NCBI RefSeq assembly: GCF_963921235.1
Contig: NC_086097.1
Location: 125,552,001 to 125,616,000 of the forward strand
DNA length: 64,000 bases
Direction of reading: 5' to 3'
Source: Mobula hypostoma
Taxonomy: Eukaryota
Shown here piece by piece: positions 61,291 to 64,000 of this stretch (positions are counted from its first letter, which is position 1; every line of letters begins with the position of its first letter). The translations under genes were made by a program, and so were the position numbers. Below the pieces are notes generated by a model. That model was not told where the DNA came from and ran no database searches. It saw only the letters and a list, made by a program, of their open reading frames with translations.

Positions 61291-61852
61291 CATTTAAGAG
61301 ACTTTTAGATGATAGAAAAATGGAGGGCTATTGGAAGGGACGGGTTAGATTAAACTCCTGACAGGCAGCGCCATGAATTGAATCTGGGTCACTGGCACAG
61401 CAAAGCTTTACACTAACCACTACACTACTGTGCTGCCCAACCTGATGGGAATGTGGACAGAATAAGATGGGTTTGAGTAGGATTAGGGTTAGTGGGCTGT
61501 CGATGGTCAGTATGGACTCAATGGGCCAAAGGGCCTGCTACAGTGCCACAACTCTGCCTTCATGACCAGCCAGAACCCTGAAGTCAACATAAACCTCAGT
61601 GTAAAGACAGTTCTGCATTGGCACAGTGCTGGACACTGGGGTGTCCACTGCTCAGGTTCCCAGGACTTGAACTTACAGCCTTTGGACAAAATATTCTGGA
61701 CACACACCATAGCTAACACGATCAAAGACAACAATGATACGAGAGGACGTTCAAAGTAAATTTATGATCAAAGTACATATATCATCACATACTACCCAGA
61801 GATTAATTTTCCTGCAGGCATTCACAGTAAGACGAAGAAATATAATAGAATA

Positions 61853-63615
61853 AGACCATAAGATATAGGGGTAGAAGTAGGCCATTCGGCCCATTGAGTC
61901 TGCTCCGCCATTCAATCATGGGCTGATCCAATTCTTCCAGGCATCCCCACTCCCCTGTCCTCTCCCAATACCCTTTGATGTCCTGGCTAATCAAGAACCC
62001 ATCTATCTCTACCTTAAATGCACCCGATGACTTGGCTTCCACAGCCACTCATGGCAACAAATTCCATAGATTTACCACTCTCTGACTAAAGTAATTTCTC
62101 TGCATTTCTGTTCTAAATGGACATTCTTCAATCCTGGAGCTGTGCTCGCTTGTCCTAGACTCCCCTACCATGGGAAATAACTTTGCCATATCTAATCTGT
62201 TCAAGCCTTTTAACATTTGGAATCTTTCTATGAGATCCCCCCTCATTCTCCTGAACTCCAGGGAATACAAGCCAAGAGCTGCCAGACGTTTCTCATACGG
62301 TAACCCATTCATTCCTGGAATCATTCTCGTGAATCTTCTCTGAATCCTCTCCAATATCAGTATATCCTTTCTGAAATAAGGAGCCCAAAAGTGCACACAA
62401 TACTCCAAGTGTGGTTTCACAAATGCCTTATAGAGACTCAACATCACATCCCTGCTCTTATATTCTATACCTCTAGAAATGAATGCCAACATTGCATTTG
62501 CCTTCTTCACAACTGACTCAACCTGGAGGTTAACCTTTAGGGTATCCTGCACAAGGACTCCAAAGTCCCTTTGCACCTCTGCATTTTGAATTCCCTCCCC
62601 ATCTAAATAATAGTCTTCCGTTTATTTCTTCCACCAAAGTGCATGACCATACACTTTCCAATATTGTATTTCATTTGCCATTTCTTTGCTCATTTCCCTA
62701 AACTATCTAAATCTTTCTGCAGGCTTTCTGTTTCCGCAACACCATCCGCTCTTCCATCTATCTTTGTATCGTTGGCAAATTTAGCCACAAATCCATTAAT
62801 CCCACAGTCCACATCATTGACATACATCATAAAAAGCAGTGGTCCCAACGCCCACCCCTGTGGAACTCCACTGGTAGCCAGCAGCCAGCCAGAATAGGAT
62901 CCCTTTATTCCCACTCTCTGTTTTCTGCCGATCAGCCAATGCTCCACCCATGTTAGTAACTCCCCTGTAATTCCATGGGATCTTATCTTGCTAAGCCGCC
63001 TCATGTGCGCAACCTTGTCAAAGGCCTTCTGAAAATCCAAGTACATCACATCTACTACATCTCCTTTGTCTACCCTGCTTGTAATTTCCTCAAAAATTGC
63101 AGTAGGTTAGTCAGGCAGGATTTTCCTTTCAGGAAACCATGCTGGCTTTTGCCTATCTTGTCATGTACCTCCAGGTACTCCATAATCTCATTCCCAACAA
63201 TCGATTCCAACAACTTCCCAACCACTGATATCAGGCTAACAGGTCTATGATTTCCTTTATGCTGCCTCCCACCCTTCTTAAATAGTGGAGAAACATTTGC
63301 AATTTTCCTGTCATTCAGTACAATGCCAGAATCTATCAATTTTTGAAGGATCATTGTTAATGCTTCTGCAATCTCTCCAGCTACTTCCTTCAGAATCCAA
63401 GGGTGCATTCCATCAGGTTCAGATTTATCCACCCTCAGATCATTAAGCTTCCTGAGCACCTTCTCAGTCGTAATTTTCACTGCACATACTTCACTTCCCT
63501 GACACTCTTGAATGTCTGGCATACTGCAGATGTCTCTTCCACTGTGAGGACTGATGCAAAATACACATTCTGTTCCTCTGCCATTACTGCGTCTCTCATT
63601 ACAATATCTCCAGCT
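61853..63615 (-). mobile_element. CR1 RT fragment of a different, older subfamily
   Basis: HRPVSL, QHGF, DFQKAFDKV, GVPQG, KFAND, YKAFVKPHLEYC in broken frames. Confidence 0.9.
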
Positions 63616-64000
63616 TCCAGAATCAATGAAAACTTCACACAAAGACTAACTTGCATCTAAACTGGTAATGAATTCCACAGATTCACCACCTCTGGCTAAA
63701 GAAATTCTTCTTCATCTCTGTTGTAAAGGGACATCCTTCTATACTGAAGCTGTGCCCTCTGGTCCTAAACTCACCCAGCACAGGAAACATCCTTTTCCAT
63801 ATCAACTATCTAGGTCTTTCAATATTCAATAGGTTTCAATGGGTTTTCCCCCCTCCCATTTTTCTAAACTCCAGAGAGTTCAGGCCCAGAGCCATCAAAT
63901 GCTCCTCATATGTTAACCCTTTTCATTCTTCTGGACCCTCTCCAACTCCAGCACATCCTTTCTTAGATGAAGGGCCCAAAACTGCTTACTATATTCCAAT

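Overview
Eukaryotic, repeat-saturated vertebrate genomic DNA. The mix of V-SINE/HE1-type SINEs, DeuSINE remnants, CR1, Rex1/Babar and Penelope elements points to a cartilaginous fish, probably a ray (inference). No intact host gene, RNA gene, CRISPR array or prokaryotic feature is supported. Almost every long ORF in the track is retroelement-derived. These include the 3' half of a HERO-type RLE non-LTR element with an uninterrupted frame (1-1.7 kb), two Neptune-type Penelope-like elements plus many hammerhead-bearing terminal fragments, and a near-full-length young CR1 with two close sister copies. There is also a decayed Mag-type Gypsy, a TSD-bounded BEL/Pao provirus carrying four nested insertions, Rex1/Babar fragments, Tc1 deletion derivatives, hAT MITEs and several SINE families. 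The most interesting signal lies in the non-repetitive gaps. About ten short minus-strand segments from ~58 kb down to ~10 kb, several with strong splice sites and most with frameshifts or stops, resemble the PXA, RGS, PX and PXC domains of sorting nexin SNX13 in the correct order. I read this as a decaying pseudogene of a highly divergent SNX13-like paralog. The comparison is to SNX13 recalled from memory and needs a real search. Boundaries of old repeats are approximate.
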